Assembly: GCA_021613535.1 (NCBI GenBank)
Contig: CP075495.1
Location: 7,068,001-7,132,000 of the forward strand
Length of the DNA: 64,000 nt
Source: Adineta vaga
Taxonomy: Eukaryota > Animalia > Rotifera
Direction: 5' to 3'
Below are positions 26,601 to 42,412 of this stretch, one piece after another. A program made the position numbers and the translations under genes. The notes under the pieces are model-generated. The model ran no database searches and was not told the origin of the DNA. It was given only the letters and a program-made list of their open reading frames with translations. The first letter of the stretch is position 1. Each line of letters opens with the position of its first letter.

Positions 26601-28115
26601 TAGTAAAGCGAACAGATAATGGATACAGAAATATTTATCTAGAAAATATAAATAAACTAAGAATGACGAGAGAAATAAAAGGTTTTCTTTCGCCGAAAGT
26701 TACCATGGATCGATAATTTAGTAGAGTTATGGGAAATGTTAGATTAGAGCTTTTAAAAATTATAATAATAAGGGGAAAAGTAGAGTCGATTTTTATGATC
26801 GATTCTAATTTATGAATAAAAGTCGAATTATTCAAACTTTGAAAATAGTTAGTAGTCAATTATATGCGATGTGAAATGATGTATCGTTTTAAATCCCTTA
26901 ATAATTATTTTCGCTTACATGATGAAAAGACGACTGTCTTCTTTAATTTTAAATTTAATAAACAGTAGTTCTTATAATTCATCAAATGCATTGGTTACGA
27001 CTCATTTCTAATTTTAAACTTACCTCTAACAATAAAAGAATCTTTTTTTAGTTACCCTTTTAATGCTATTGAATTCTTGACGGGGCAGTTTCTTTTTGGT
27101 TAATATGATGTGTAAATTTTCTTTTCTTTTTTTTCTTTACTCAAAACTTTCTTTTTCTTATATAGTGACGATTCTACAAGGTTGTGTAGAGCAAATAAAT
27201 ACAGAGAAGAAAAAAAAGGAGGCACTCAGCAATGTCTTCAATGAAACTATAGAACAATTTTTCTTTCTCTTCTTTTATTTCTCAAGAAAGAATGAATAAA
27301 ATCAAGTTTGAAACCTCGTGTGACTGGCTAGTATAAATACGAAAAAAGAAAATGTTTTTTTTTCATCATCATCACATTTCCAAGAAAAGTTAAGTGACGA
27401 GTGCTTCGCCTAGTCACTTGAAAGGTTTTATTTTTCCGGGAATGCCTCGATTGAAGTTTTTCTTGACTTTTGCTCCGAGAAAAACAACATGATTTCGAAT
27501 AAATGCAAATTTGTTTTCTGTTTGGGTGCGTGAAGTATATTTGCCATACGTACTCGACATGTAATAGATTTCTTCTAGAGTTGAATGTATCATTTGTATG
27601 ATTTATGAAGAAGATAAGTCGATGTTGACGAAAGAAATGAAGCTTTTGATTCTATTTCTTGCAGTGAATCATAATAGATACATAATTCATGTTTCAACAG
27701 ATATCTGTACGGAAATTGTTAGAAAGTTCATTTCTTCGTTCCAGATTGAACATCTTACTTTATATTTTGAAAACATTTTTCTGTTGATTCACTATATTTG
27801 CATTGTAAGATGTCACAATAAAAAAGATCGTTAAGATTTATATTGATATTTTTCATCGTAAACTCGATAGTATATGAGATGTAAATATTCTTACATATTT
27901 CACACATATACTTCGCATGTTAAAATATTTTCTTTGATCTTTTTTTTCCCCACTTTTTCTGTCTCTTATATTTTGAATGAAATTATTCAAATACAAAGAG
28001 TGGTATTAATTTCTATTCTTTATTCAAAGTTCATTTTGAATCTAAACTATCAATTCAAAACGATAGAACATACATATACTGAAAAAGAAACAAACCATAA
28101 CTATCTTTATATGTT

Positions 28116-29642
28116 CTATTCAATTGTTTCTGCTTTCCAACATCGATTTCTTTTTGCATCATTATTATTCATTCCATATCTTGACTTCTTCAGAATCAAC
28201 TCTCGCCAATATGCATTTCGAAGTTTTTCATACGCATACACATTCGGCTCTTTCACTTTCTTCCTTGCAATCTCATGCAGTTTACTTCGAAGATATTCTT
28301 CATTCAGTTCACTCATATCATTGATCACTATGACAGGTAAGTTTTCATACAATGTATCAAGTGTCGAATGCCATACTATTGGAATCACATCGAGATATAA
28401 TGCTTCCCATGTTCGATGACAGTCCAGTCCACCACCACGAGGTGATAACCATAGTGGATATTGCCGATTTCGTCGATAGATCGTTGGCAGACTCGAAATA
28501 TTCACTCCATCAGTTTTGTCATAGCACATGGCAAATGAGTTTTGCTGATTTGAACAGATTTGTTGCCATAGTTTCATTCGACCACCAGTTGGATCAGTTT
28601 GAGGACGAAAGTTGAGAAGAAGAATGGGATCTGACTGATTATTGTTGTTGTTGTTGTTGATGTTTGTAAGAACAGATTGTGTGACATCGACAAGTTGAGT
28701 GTAGTGAGATGGTTCATCAATATCATTGTGGTTGAGAGATGGAAGCAGTTGTTTTGGATAATGTCGATGTACATCTCGAATAGCTTCAGCCATTTCAAAA
28801 CAATTAATACCTAAATAAATAGAGTTGTTTCAATAAATGAATAAGTCCACAAAATAATAAATAACTAATAAGATCAAATCACTGCACTAACACCGCAAGA
28901 ATAGAATTTTTATAAATCAGAAATATCGGAAAGCAACAAACATTAAAAAAGTCTGATAGGAAATGATGTGTGCATGTCTTCTTTTATTCTTTACGTACAG
29001 TTTGCGATCGTTTTGGAAAGGAACAAGTGGAAAAGAAACTAAAAAACACTTTGACTATACGTATGTATTCTTACCAATCGGTATATGAGTAAAACGTTTG
29101 CTTCTGGTTCCAGAAATATCTCCATTTTGACCGAACCAATGAATTATTTTTGACTGAGATTTTTCTAAATAATGATGATATTTACCAGGTGCATGTTCAT
29201 CACCTTGACCAGTAATTAATACAAATCTATTCATTAGATACGGATATATCTTAGTGAAAAACGATTCAAGACTAGCAACTTTAACATAAATGATACTACC
29301 ATGTGGAAGGTTTGGTACGAGTAGTTTGTATTTACTACGAGAATTTTCTATTCGTTCATTGAATAAAGTCTCAGGCCAACCATAAATCCAATCAGCTAAA
29401 TTTCGAAAATTTTGTGGACAAACAAATTCTGGATAATGATGAATGTAAGAAGAATTGTCATTAAAAACTATGAAATTACCACTAGTTTTGAATGAATATG
29501 GACACAAAGGTAAATATAACGAACTTATTTCAATAAAAAATTGAAAATTTATCCCATAATGAAAGATGATAAAGATCATCATAAGGAAAACATTTATTAG
29601 ACAAATGATTTTTAGACGTCGAGGATAATACATAGATTGCAT
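28116..29642 (-). CDS. Type II membrane exostosin/GT47-like glycosyltransferase, two exons (intron about 28811-29074)
   Basis: N-terminal TM anchor (IICLINVFLMMIFIIF), FVLITGQGD, IIHWFGQN, HIPIGIN and C-terminal LWLSPRGGGLDCHRTWEALYLDVIPIV, the GT47-like nucleotide-sugar motif. Confidence 0.75.
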
Positions 29643-30650
29643 ATGTAATATGAGAATTTTTAGACTTCTCAAACTACGGTATGAATTACAGATAATATTA
29701 GTACGGTTCTACGAGCCACTATGATAGTATGCGCTCAGAATAGAGAGAAAAAATTCAAAATATATAGTTAAAAACATTTATCTTCGTTTTCTTATGCAAA
29801 TTGACACACAAATATTAACACGTATCAGTGTTAATGACAATGTATTTCTCTTTCAAATTTTATCATGAAAGAATTGAATAACATTAGTCGAGTTGTTCGA
29901 ATGATCAAAGTCAAACAATGATTTTTCTTATTGGCAATGGTTATATATGTAATCATATCGATGGAAGGTAACACTTTAGTGTATTGTAGAATCTATTAAC
30001 TAAATGTTGACAAATATATATTTAATCAAACAGTATACAATAATGATATTATGCATCCATATGACGATGATCACTCATTTTAGTAAGTAGGTTTTTGATT
30101 TTAACATTGTTACATGACTTTCGATATATATATATATCGGCTTTTAAGGCTATGCTTCTAAACATTTAGGCGGATTGTATCCGATATAAAACTTTACTTT
30201 AAGAATTCTAACAAAAACAAAATAACTATAAGTGTAAACTTTGACTTATGTTCTCAGCTTTTAATCTTTGATTTATTTTCCTCGAATGGGTATCTCTTAT
30301 TATTTTTATCGGCGAGAAATTTGATTTTTTTACTTTTATCATTAAACCAATAAACATTTAACCTTGTTTTCTCTTTTCTGTCAGAATGATGACATCTAAG
30401 AATTGATAAGATATCTGCAGATTCTTTTAAAATCTAATGATGAAAGAACAAAAGAGTTATTTTTAATTTGCTATTATAATCATCAGAAATGCATCAAATA
30501 AAGAACAAAATATAGTATAAACGCATAAATAGTTATATTTTATATTATGATTACAAATTTGTACATAGATAAGAGTTGTTTAAAATACATTCAAACAAAT
30601 AACTAATTTAATTAGTTATTTCATTCGATAATCTTAGTAAATTTATCTAA

Positions 30651-33600
30651 CTATGTATTTGTTGATGATGAACAGTAGAAAGTATATGATTTCGAATCAT
30701 TAGTTTTGTCTTTCATTTGTGTAGAGGCTTGTATATGAGAGATTGATTGTAAATAATTATGTAATAAGTTAGATAAAAAAAGTTTACGTTGTTCAATAAT
30801 GTCTTTAGTTGTATTTGATGAAGTAACTTTTGTGTTTGCATTTGATGAAGTAGTCATTGTTTCAACATTTAGAAACATTTCAGGTAATTTGTCTAAGAGA
30901 AAATGGATTAATTTATTTGTTTCCAAATTAATTTTTTGATTCAAATTAGTCGAAGAATGTATTGTTGCCGATGCTTCATCGAATGAACTAGCTAAATATG
31001 AAATGTATATTATTAGCATTAAGAACATTATTTATTAAATTAGTTTATACTTTGATCTGAAGTTGTAGTACTTGACTGAAAATGAATAAGTATGGATTAT
31101 TAGTCGATGTATATGCACATAGAAACTGAAATTATTTACTCTAGATGATTCATCTTCATTGGTCGATGATGACGTTGAGGATATCACTGACGCTTCAGTT
31201 TCTGAAGAAATGAAATACAATTTATTTCGAATATCTTAATTCAAATATTTCATTCGTTTACTTGTTAGTTGTTCATCATCAGTGGATCTCCTAAGCAAAA
31301 AGAGAAATCAATCAGAAATAATACGTAAGTCAAACTTACATTGTTGACCAAAGAACAGGTATCAATGGTTTATAAGTTTCCTTTGTCGGAGGTGCAACAG
31401 AACTGAGACGATACAATTCTTTATCTAGACATTAAAAAGAATAGACTCTTCTTTTACATTGTGTTTCGAATGATTACATACTAAAATATGTACTAAAATC
31501 ATAAAAATTTCGATCGGATATAGTCGATAATATTCGTGATCGTTTTGCTTTTTCTGTAATTGACTCGCAAATCATTCGACACATATCATCAATGAATGCT
31601 TTCGAATGAAAAGCAGCTTTGATCAATTCACCTAATTGTCAAAAAAAAGTAACTATATAAAGATAAACAATCGTTTAGCAAGAATATTTACCGTTATGTA
31701 CAATATATCGAACAGACGCTTGTTGAGTTGATTGATGTTCAGCGAGTGTGTCAAAACGTAATAAAATATGTAATTGTTCTCGACTACCATTCAATAGTTG
31801 ATCAACAATACTATTATAAATGCCTAGGAAAAGACTAGACATAGATCGTGTTAAATCTGTTAACTTTCAATTTTATTAGTAATTACTTATCGTGATACAT
31901 TATGGATAGCACAGGATGATCCACATAGAATTCTATTTGACTGATTAGTTTAGATAAGATATTCTTAAAATAGAAATCAGATACATTTTGTTTTTTAGAT
32001 ATTTCATTATTCGTACTTCATAGACATCGCTTGATTTGATATTTGTAGTATTCTTTCTCTCTTCTATAACACACAATGATACATTGGGTTTTAACTGAAA
32101 TCAGTACAAACCATAGAGTACTTGGCATTGTTGAAAAATGAATTGTTTAGTATGAACTTTAGGTTTAATACCTGTTATGCGTGTATGATAATCACAGATA
32201 CTATCAGTCATAATATCGGGTGTAATTAGATGATTCATCTAAAAATAAAATAGAAACAGTTTAAATCGAGAATTTCTTTGAAATTTATACATTTTGAGGT
32301 CGTTGTTCAATTTCATAGATAATCACTTTAGCTACATATTCCGGAAAATATTGAGCATGTGAACAAACTCCAAAGGGTCGTGAAAGGAGTGTTAAATTTT
32401 CTTGAAAATCACTATTGTTCATCTAGTTACAATTCATTTGATAGATCTTAGTTTTAAATTAGAAATAAGACTTTACACTAATATTTAATTGAAATTGTAA
32501 TTGACAAAGTGTGGATTTATATAGTGGACGATTACTTCGTCCATCCGGTTTTGTTAATTTAATCGTTTGTAATTCTGCATAATAGAATAATTTCGAATAA
32601 CCATTTGCATCAAAAATTTGTTTCGTTTTCCATTCAAGTGCTACTTGTCTCTCACCTTCATTATCAATCTGACGATCCAATGGATAAAGTGTCACACCTA
32701 AATTACAGTTAGATAAACAATAACTGAAAAATCAATCTTACCCATGGATGATAATACGAAATGAGTATGAATTATATTAGCATCTAATAGACAAATTATA
32801 CGTGAAGTAAGTCTAGCAGTGTAAGTATTGTTCATTTTCTCATATTTTACTGCAGCAACACATTCAGAAGTAGATGGTTCAGCGATAATTACAAATGAAC
32901 TATATTAAAATAGGAAATCGATATGAAAATTGTACTTATCAATAACTTACTGTTGTAAAAGTTCTTTCAACTGATTCCATTGTTCAATCTGTGTTTGTTT
33001 ATGATCAATTTCATAAGAGTCAATCAATTGAGAACATAGTTTACTTATACTAATAATATTTATCATACTTTCAAACATAATGACAAGAAATTTATGAAGA
33101 ATGCTTACGCTTGTTGTAAACTCAAGAATGTATATGAATGTCTATTTTCATTCTGGTTGATATAAAATAATCGTTGTTGATACAGTAAATATCTATAAGC
33201 TCGAATTTCATTATACAAATGTTCTGCTGTCTAAAAATAGATTCCAACATATGTTTCTTTTTTATACAATCCACTTTATATCGTACTGGAAATGGTATTA
33301 TAGTACTTGTCATACGCATCGTCAGTTCTGCATATAAATTTGCTGAATGTTGAACAAATTCAGTAGGATTCTTCAAAGCATCAAAATCATAATTATATCT
33401 TTAAACTGATGGTTCATCTTTCTCAATCATACCTTTGTACATTCATGAATCAAACGATTTAATATAAAACATTTTTCAATTGAATTTATATTACGTTTTA
33501 AATTTCGTCGTTCACGAGCCAATAGACTAATCCAATCATGTACTAAACTGAAATCATACATATATATGAATCTTATCAAATATTATAGAATATGTATGAA

Positions 33601-33887
33601 ATACCTTCGTCGATAGAGATTCGAAAAGGAAAGATTAATCAATTGTTTATTAGTCAAGCAGAAGAACAAGCCTATGGCATGAGGACATAATTCATTTGGA
33701 GCTAAGAATGCAAAATTATCAGCTAAATCTCCAATTGATTCAAGATTTGACTTTTTGCCATGTTCATTTTCTGTTAATGAATCTGAAACTATTTTAAATA
33801 AGATCATACACTAGAATGTAATTACAACATATTTTCATTACCTTTTCTTTTACTTGCTTGTCGAGAGGGTTTATCAAATGCAGACAT
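30651..33887 (-). CDS. Divergent STAT-like transcription factor (copy B); many small exons
   Basis: Spliced translation: SFVIIAEP, YYAELQTIKLTKPDGRSNR..LQFQLNIS, LLSRPFGVCSHAQYFPEYVAKVII, QIEFYVDHPVLSIMYHDNLFLGIYNS...HILLRFDT...VRYIVHNG, FYDFSTYF, KETYKPLIPV, then an S/T-rich tail. Confidence 0.68.
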
Positions 33888-34911
33888 AGTATCAGAAAGG
33901 AGAGAAATATTAACTAAATTTTGTTCGCAATCGATTTAATTTTTATGTGAATAAATAAGTTATTTATATGCTTTTTTTTTCTAAGTTGTTTATATACGAA
34001 AAAAAAGTAAAGAAATATCTCTGTAAACTCCTATTTGAAGTATATAAAGAGTCTTTTCAGCGAAAATCTGTTCGTTCTTTACGCATGTTTTCGTACTGAA
34101 TATAAAGGTAACCTTGCTAAAATTTTTTCGTCGAATGCAAGGGTTATAATTTTATCTGAAACACATTCTGAATACAACAATAAGAAAAATTCGACAGTTA
34201 ATTTTTTTGTATCATCGTCTTAATTAAACGAATTAGCATGTCAATTAAAGTGAATGAATTTGAAGAAATATGAATCTAATTCATCGATTTGTTCTCAACA
34301 CAATTTTGAAAAAAAAGAAACATTTCTGTAGTTTTTTCATCGAAAGTCGACGTGTTCTTTATCAGAATCATTAAATAATATCATTTTTCCTCGACATTTC
34401 ATTTCGTTCGGCGAATATTAAGAACCTTGCTTCTCAAATAAAAAAAACATGTTTATGAGCCTTCTCTCTCGTGAAGCTGTATAGTTCGTCGTGTACCATG
34501 GACTTTCGTGGATTTCATTATTCTTACACTCTGCAAAATTTGACCTTGACATTACATCAAGATCCTGCCGTTTTTCTCCTCTTCTAATTGCAAATTTTTA
34601 AGTATTGATCAAATCATAAAAATATTCAATATTATACGTTGAACGTTTGACCATACGTGTGGATAAAGAATTGACGGACTTTTTCCGAAGTGACATATTT
34701 CAATAACACATCGAAGTTTTACAACTGATCTCGAAAGAGTCTACCTATTCTTTTCAATCAATAAGAGATGAAATTAATGGTTATGTGAATTCTTTATTTG
34801 ATTAAAATTTGTTAGTATTTTTATAGTGAGTCAAAAAAAAACACACAGCTGTTCTTGTTATAAATTTTCTTTGAATAAATAAAACGAATCTGTTTTATGA
34901 ATATGTTCTTA

Positions 34912-37231
34912 TTAAACATTATTCATGGCCATTTGAGGAGGTTTATTTTTTGATATGGTACTTTTCATCCCGTTCGTACCATTTGATCCATTCACACTTA
35001 TCTTTCCAATATCATTCGCTAATAAATCATTATCATTATAATTTCCTTCCGTTGCGATTACATCTGTTTCTTCGTCTTGCTTACCAAATATCTGGGTAAA
35101 TAATGTATCGAAACGTGAAATTAATGCTGCACCTAAACAAATATACTGCATGGAACTGTTCAATGCTATTCGTTTAACAGATATTGACCATGTATTCATT
35201 TCAATACCAAAATTATCGGAACCAATAAGCCATTTATCATCTTCCCAATCGATATAAATAATTTCTTCGGCAACTTGACCATCGGGTTGAAAACGATATA
35301 AACTAAATTGATAATGTTGATCTGTTGTTGGTTCTTCTAATGATGCTGTGAAAAGATCTTTACTAAATTTAACAATTCCCCAATCACCATGATGATCTTT
35401 GATAATCAATGCTTCTTCTTTTTCCGGTTCTAATGTAATAATTGAATTATGATTATTACTTGAAATTTGATTTGGTAATGGTAATTGTGACCAATTCAAT
35501 GTATGACATGAAGCAAATATTGCACTGTTAAATGTTGCTGTAAATATATCGATATCATTAATAATCGTGTGACGAACATTAAGTAAAGTTGGTTGTTCTT
35601 GATGAATAGGAAGAATACTATGTAAAGCTTGTCTAACTTTTACAGTTTCCAAATTGAATAAAAATGATGTACCCAATTGCGTAAGATAATTTTGACCAAG
35701 TATTACATCTTCGTAATCGGCTGCTTCGTATCGAACAATGATTGTATTAATATCAATTGCGGGAATACCGACAACAAGTCTAAAGAGAAAAAAAAGAAAG
35801 AATTGAATGAATAATTACAACTATAACATACCTTCTTGCTTTTGGTATCATTTTTACAAATGGTGAACTAGGATCGAGTGCCTTATTAAATATATAATAA
35901 AGTGTACCTGGTGCATCATCACCATCAGCCTGTAAACCAGATTTAACAGGTTGAATAAAATTTGTAATTGAATAAAGTTTTTCTACAGGTACTTGATATT
36001 CTTCTAATGAACTGAAATAATTCATCGGCCAATAACCTGCTTTTTGTTGAATTTTAAGTACCAATTGTGTTGTTAAATCACTAAAATCTGCTTCAAAATG
36101 TGCTTCAACATTTCCTGATGAACCTCGAGCAAAAAGTTCTTGGTCTGATGAATTGATTTGTGCAAAAAGTTGCTCAGGTAATGGTTCTGCGCCAACATGA
36201 TCATGTAGAGAAACAACAGTACTTGATAGATTTTCATTTCCTCTTCCATTCACAGCTATTGTCGAAGAATTATTATCAAGAAATTGAACAAAAATAGAAT
36301 ATCGTTGACATTCAAGTAGAAAACTGAAATCTGTAACATATTGATAGAAATCTTTGGATGTTTTTCCACGATACATGCAACCATTTTTCGGTAAACGATC
36401 ACCATATAATTCAAACCATTTATGTCGAGTTTCATGATCTGATGTTGATAATTTTGAATTCGATGTACGATCTTGTGTTGTATCATCATGATGAAGTACA
36501 TGTTGAAGATTAGCAATCATATCTCGACGATAAACTTCCGGAAATAATTGATGAGTATGCCAAATAATATCAATATCATACATGGGTACAACATATAATT
36601 GAGGATTTAAACGTTTTAAATAAATAAATTTTTTATAACGTTTTATTGCTTCTTCAAGAAAATCTGGATCTTTATAATGATTAAGAGCAACTGAATAATA
36701 GAAATCTGTTTGTCTTTCAACAGCTTGACTTAATGCATATTTGATTTTACTTGTATAAGGTGGAATAACTTGTATATTTGTTGAATAATCAAGTTCAAAT
36801 GGCATTGTACGATTATATTTTTTTATCCATAATTGTTCACTGAATTTCATCAGTTGTTCCGTACGTGGTCGGACACGATTCGGTAAAATACGTCCAAATA
36901 AACGTTCACAATCACTCGCATATGCTGTTGGTGCAAGCATATGTGAATGCCAAATAAAAAGTATATCAAGTGGTGGTATAACATCCAGTTCACCATTTTC
37001 TGCTAAGAAGGGTAACCAAAATATTTCATAACGATAGATAGCATATTCACGTGATTGTTTTTGAAGATATTCGGGATGATCATAGATTTCTTTTAAATAA
37101 GCCAAATGATCATAGACAGCTGGTTTTAGATTTTCACTAATTATTATTTGAGATGGATGAGTTATGGAAGGATTAAATGGAGATTGACTTGCAGCGGCTG
37201 ATATTGTTGATGAGGACGGTGTTGAAGCCAT
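34912..37231 (-). CDS. Glycine-rich domain-containing protein-like (GRDP, DUF1399), two exons (intron 35780-35831)
   Basis: Two DUF1399-type motifs: RYEIFWLP..PPLDILFIWHSHMLAPTAYASDC and AIKRYKKF...VPMYDIDIIWHTHQLFPEVY...HHDDT..DR. Confidence 0.85.
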
Positions 37232-37760
37232 GGTTCGTTAGTAAATGAGAAAGAAAAAAAGGTAAAAATGAAGAAATATACGTTGAAACAAGAGTATTCA
37301 AGGAAGAAAGCGAACGAAAAAAACGTTAGATAGTTACGCCTGATTAAACACAATCAACGAGCATAACTTACTAGATGAGCAGGATAAAATATAATTTATC
37401 TACAGAAAATGTCAGGCTTTTTCGCTTTTTCTCGAAGGAGACATGATACATAAAGAAATTTCGTTCATAAATTCTTTATCACATTTTTTAATATGATTAT
37501 TTTATATAAAAGCGAAGTTCTTTAAAAGATGAATATTACTACAACATAAGCATAATAAGAAAAAGGATCGAGACCTTCAAGTATAATATTTCCACCATCA
37601 ACTAGTGACATCTGTGCTAGTTTGGGTTCTTTTTCATTTTGATTATTTTACCAATTATAAGCGTTTAATTACAATCTAATTGGATCATTGCACTTAAATC
37701 GGACGCATATTCCAACTCTACCTATTTTGATGTTGTTTGTACCAAGTTCGTCGAATGTGA

Positions 37761-39891
<2,131 letters not shown>

Positions 39892-40008
39892 ACACAAAAA
39901 AAAACGAACATTTATGAGAGAAGTTTTATTTTTAGTCAAGCACAGTTTTGTAATTTATTTTATTTTTTATCATAACGACAAATAAATAAAATATGAAATA
40001 GGATAGTC

Positions 40009-41128
40009 TTATGATCCACCAGAACCAATAATTGCTATTCGTGGTGTTGTTGAAACAGTTGTTGAAAAACGATGTCTTTGAAAAAAGCAGAATGCACAGA
40101 AAACTTTCATAAATTCTGTCCGACTATTTTGAAATGGTAAAACAAATGCAACAAAATTCAATGTTGATGCCAATAATTCATTAAATGATAAAAGATAATA
40201 CAAAGCTGTATAAAAATTTAATTCAATTGGAATAAAATATCGTATTAATAGAAGCATTCGTAGTGGAAATGTTGTTGTCACTTGTAAAATAGCAATAGCA
40301 ATAAGAATAATACTTGTTTCATAGATTGATGTTCCTAATTGTGATTGTTGTTGTTGTTGATCATTTGATCGTAAATATCGTTGATGACGTTTATGACGTT
40401 TTAATCCAATAATAATTAAAATAATTGATATTGTTGTTATTGAACAAGGTAATAATGAAAATAAGATAATATCAACTATAGCATAGATTTTATAATTAAA
40501 AGTCAATTCTGAATGATATATATGAAATACATCAGAATAGAAACAACGTGAAAAATCCATTGAAGCAAAATAATCTGGAATTAGATAAAAATGTGTGACA
40601 ATAAACATAGTAATTATATTGATTAATTCTTCGATGAATGCATGACGCATTGTTGTTAAATATCTTGCACGAAATGGTGACCAAAGAATAATACAACGTT
40701 CAATGGAAAGAAGAACAATAGTTACAATAGATAAATGAGAAAAATAGTTTTGAAGAAAAAAAGCGAAATTACAACGAGTATATTTGTATCTAAAAATTTC
40801 GTCAATCAATTCTTTGAATCAATGAACTCATAAAATGGACTTACCTTGGTAGAAATAATGATAAAGGAGGAAACCAATAGAATAATCTTTCAATAATACG
40901 ACATCCATCATAGATAGCTAAACATCGAATATGTAAACCGAACGATGTTGTTCGATAGAGTGGAGAAAAATGTATAAGAAGAAATGTAAAAATACTCAGA
41001 ATAATTCGTGCTAATTCAAGAAATGGTGTTAAAGTACTTGTTACTAATTGTATTGTACTTAGAAATGATCCCGATTGGGGTAATAATAATATTTCATTAT
41101 TAAAATAAGTTATATTTGTACGATTCAT
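40009..41128 (-). CDS. Class A (rhodopsin-like) GPCR, orphan peptide/chemoreceptor type, two exons (intron 40790-40844)
   Basis: N-terminal NRT/NIT sequons, LAIYD in TM2, Cys at top of TM3, SIERC (DRY-equivalent), LLPC in TM5, TTFP in TM6, TLNF in TM7. Confidence 0.85.
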
Positions 41129-41346
41129 AGTTGATTGTTGAACAAAACAAAACAAAAAAATCAAAAAGAATAATTGTGTAAAAATATTCTTTGAATGTTA
41201 GCTTTTTCTTTTCTTTTATTCCGTTTTCCGTAATTATCAAAATCGTCATTATTTTCTCTTTTCACACGTCCTTGAAGATTATTAGTTTATTTCTATTTTT
41301 TATCATGAAAAACAAAAAACAAATGTTACATGATTTCTTCATTTAG

Positions 41347-42379
41347 TTAGTCATGTCGTTCACATCGATGACCTTGCCAACCTTGACGACAAGTGCATTG
41401 ATAAAAGCCCGTACATCGACCTCCGTTCAAACATGGCAATGGACAAAATGCTAATAAAAGAGAAACAAATCACTTAAAATTTTGTTTACGAAAGTCTAAT
41501 TTTACCATTTTGACATTGATTTCGACAGACACATTTGCCATCAAGACAAATTTCATTTGATTTACATGTATTATTACATTGATCACATGAATTTGTTTTA
41601 CAAATACATCTTCCATTAATACAATGTTCATGTGGACGACATCCACCTCGTTTTGTACCACACATACATACATCTGATTGACAGATTTCTCCTTTACCAC
41701 ATTTTCCTCGTGAACCACAACTACATGATTGATTACGACAACGTTCACCAACTTCACAAATTTCATAACAGGGTCGATCAAATTCACATAAACCTAATGA
41801 ATATTAGTATGGAAGATTGATAAAATAGAATGTTTTCAACAAACCTTTGTAACAACCACAACGACCATCTACACAAACTTGTCCATGTCGACATACAACA
41901 GGACAATAAGGTGTTAGAGATGATTGACATTGTCGATTGATACATTCTGTTCCAACTGGACATGGCGGATAACATTGATTATCCATTTTATCTTCATCAA
42001 TATTTGACCAACTGCATTGTCCATCAATACATACTTCATCCTCATCACAAGGAGGATCACATGTAGGCGGTGTTAATCTTGCTTGTTGTCTTAAACAAAC
42101 GCCTGTTTTCTTTTCACATAATTCACATTCAATTGTACATGGATTATCTAATATCAATTATATTTATCTGATTTAAATAAGAACAAGAATAGATTTCTCT
42201 TTACATACATTTACATTTCGGTGGTAATGGATACCATTCAGAGGGTACCATACAAAATGCACGACTAGCACCAATCATTTCGTATCCATAATCACATTCA
42301 TATTCAACTGATGAACCTACTTCATAATCAGATACACGATAAAGTCCACCTGGGATTGATGCAGGTTCCGAACAGCCTA

Positions 42380-42412
<33 letters not shown>

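Noticed and set aside
27874-28419. 181-aa plus-strand hydrophobic ORF
   Set aside because: Antisense to the glycosyltransferase exon and its 3'UTR; composition reflects AT-rich noise.
34912-37231. GRDP/DUF1399 gene as another horizontal transfer
   Set aside because: The family is broadly distributed in eukaryotes including some invertebrates; low intron count alone is not enough evidence.
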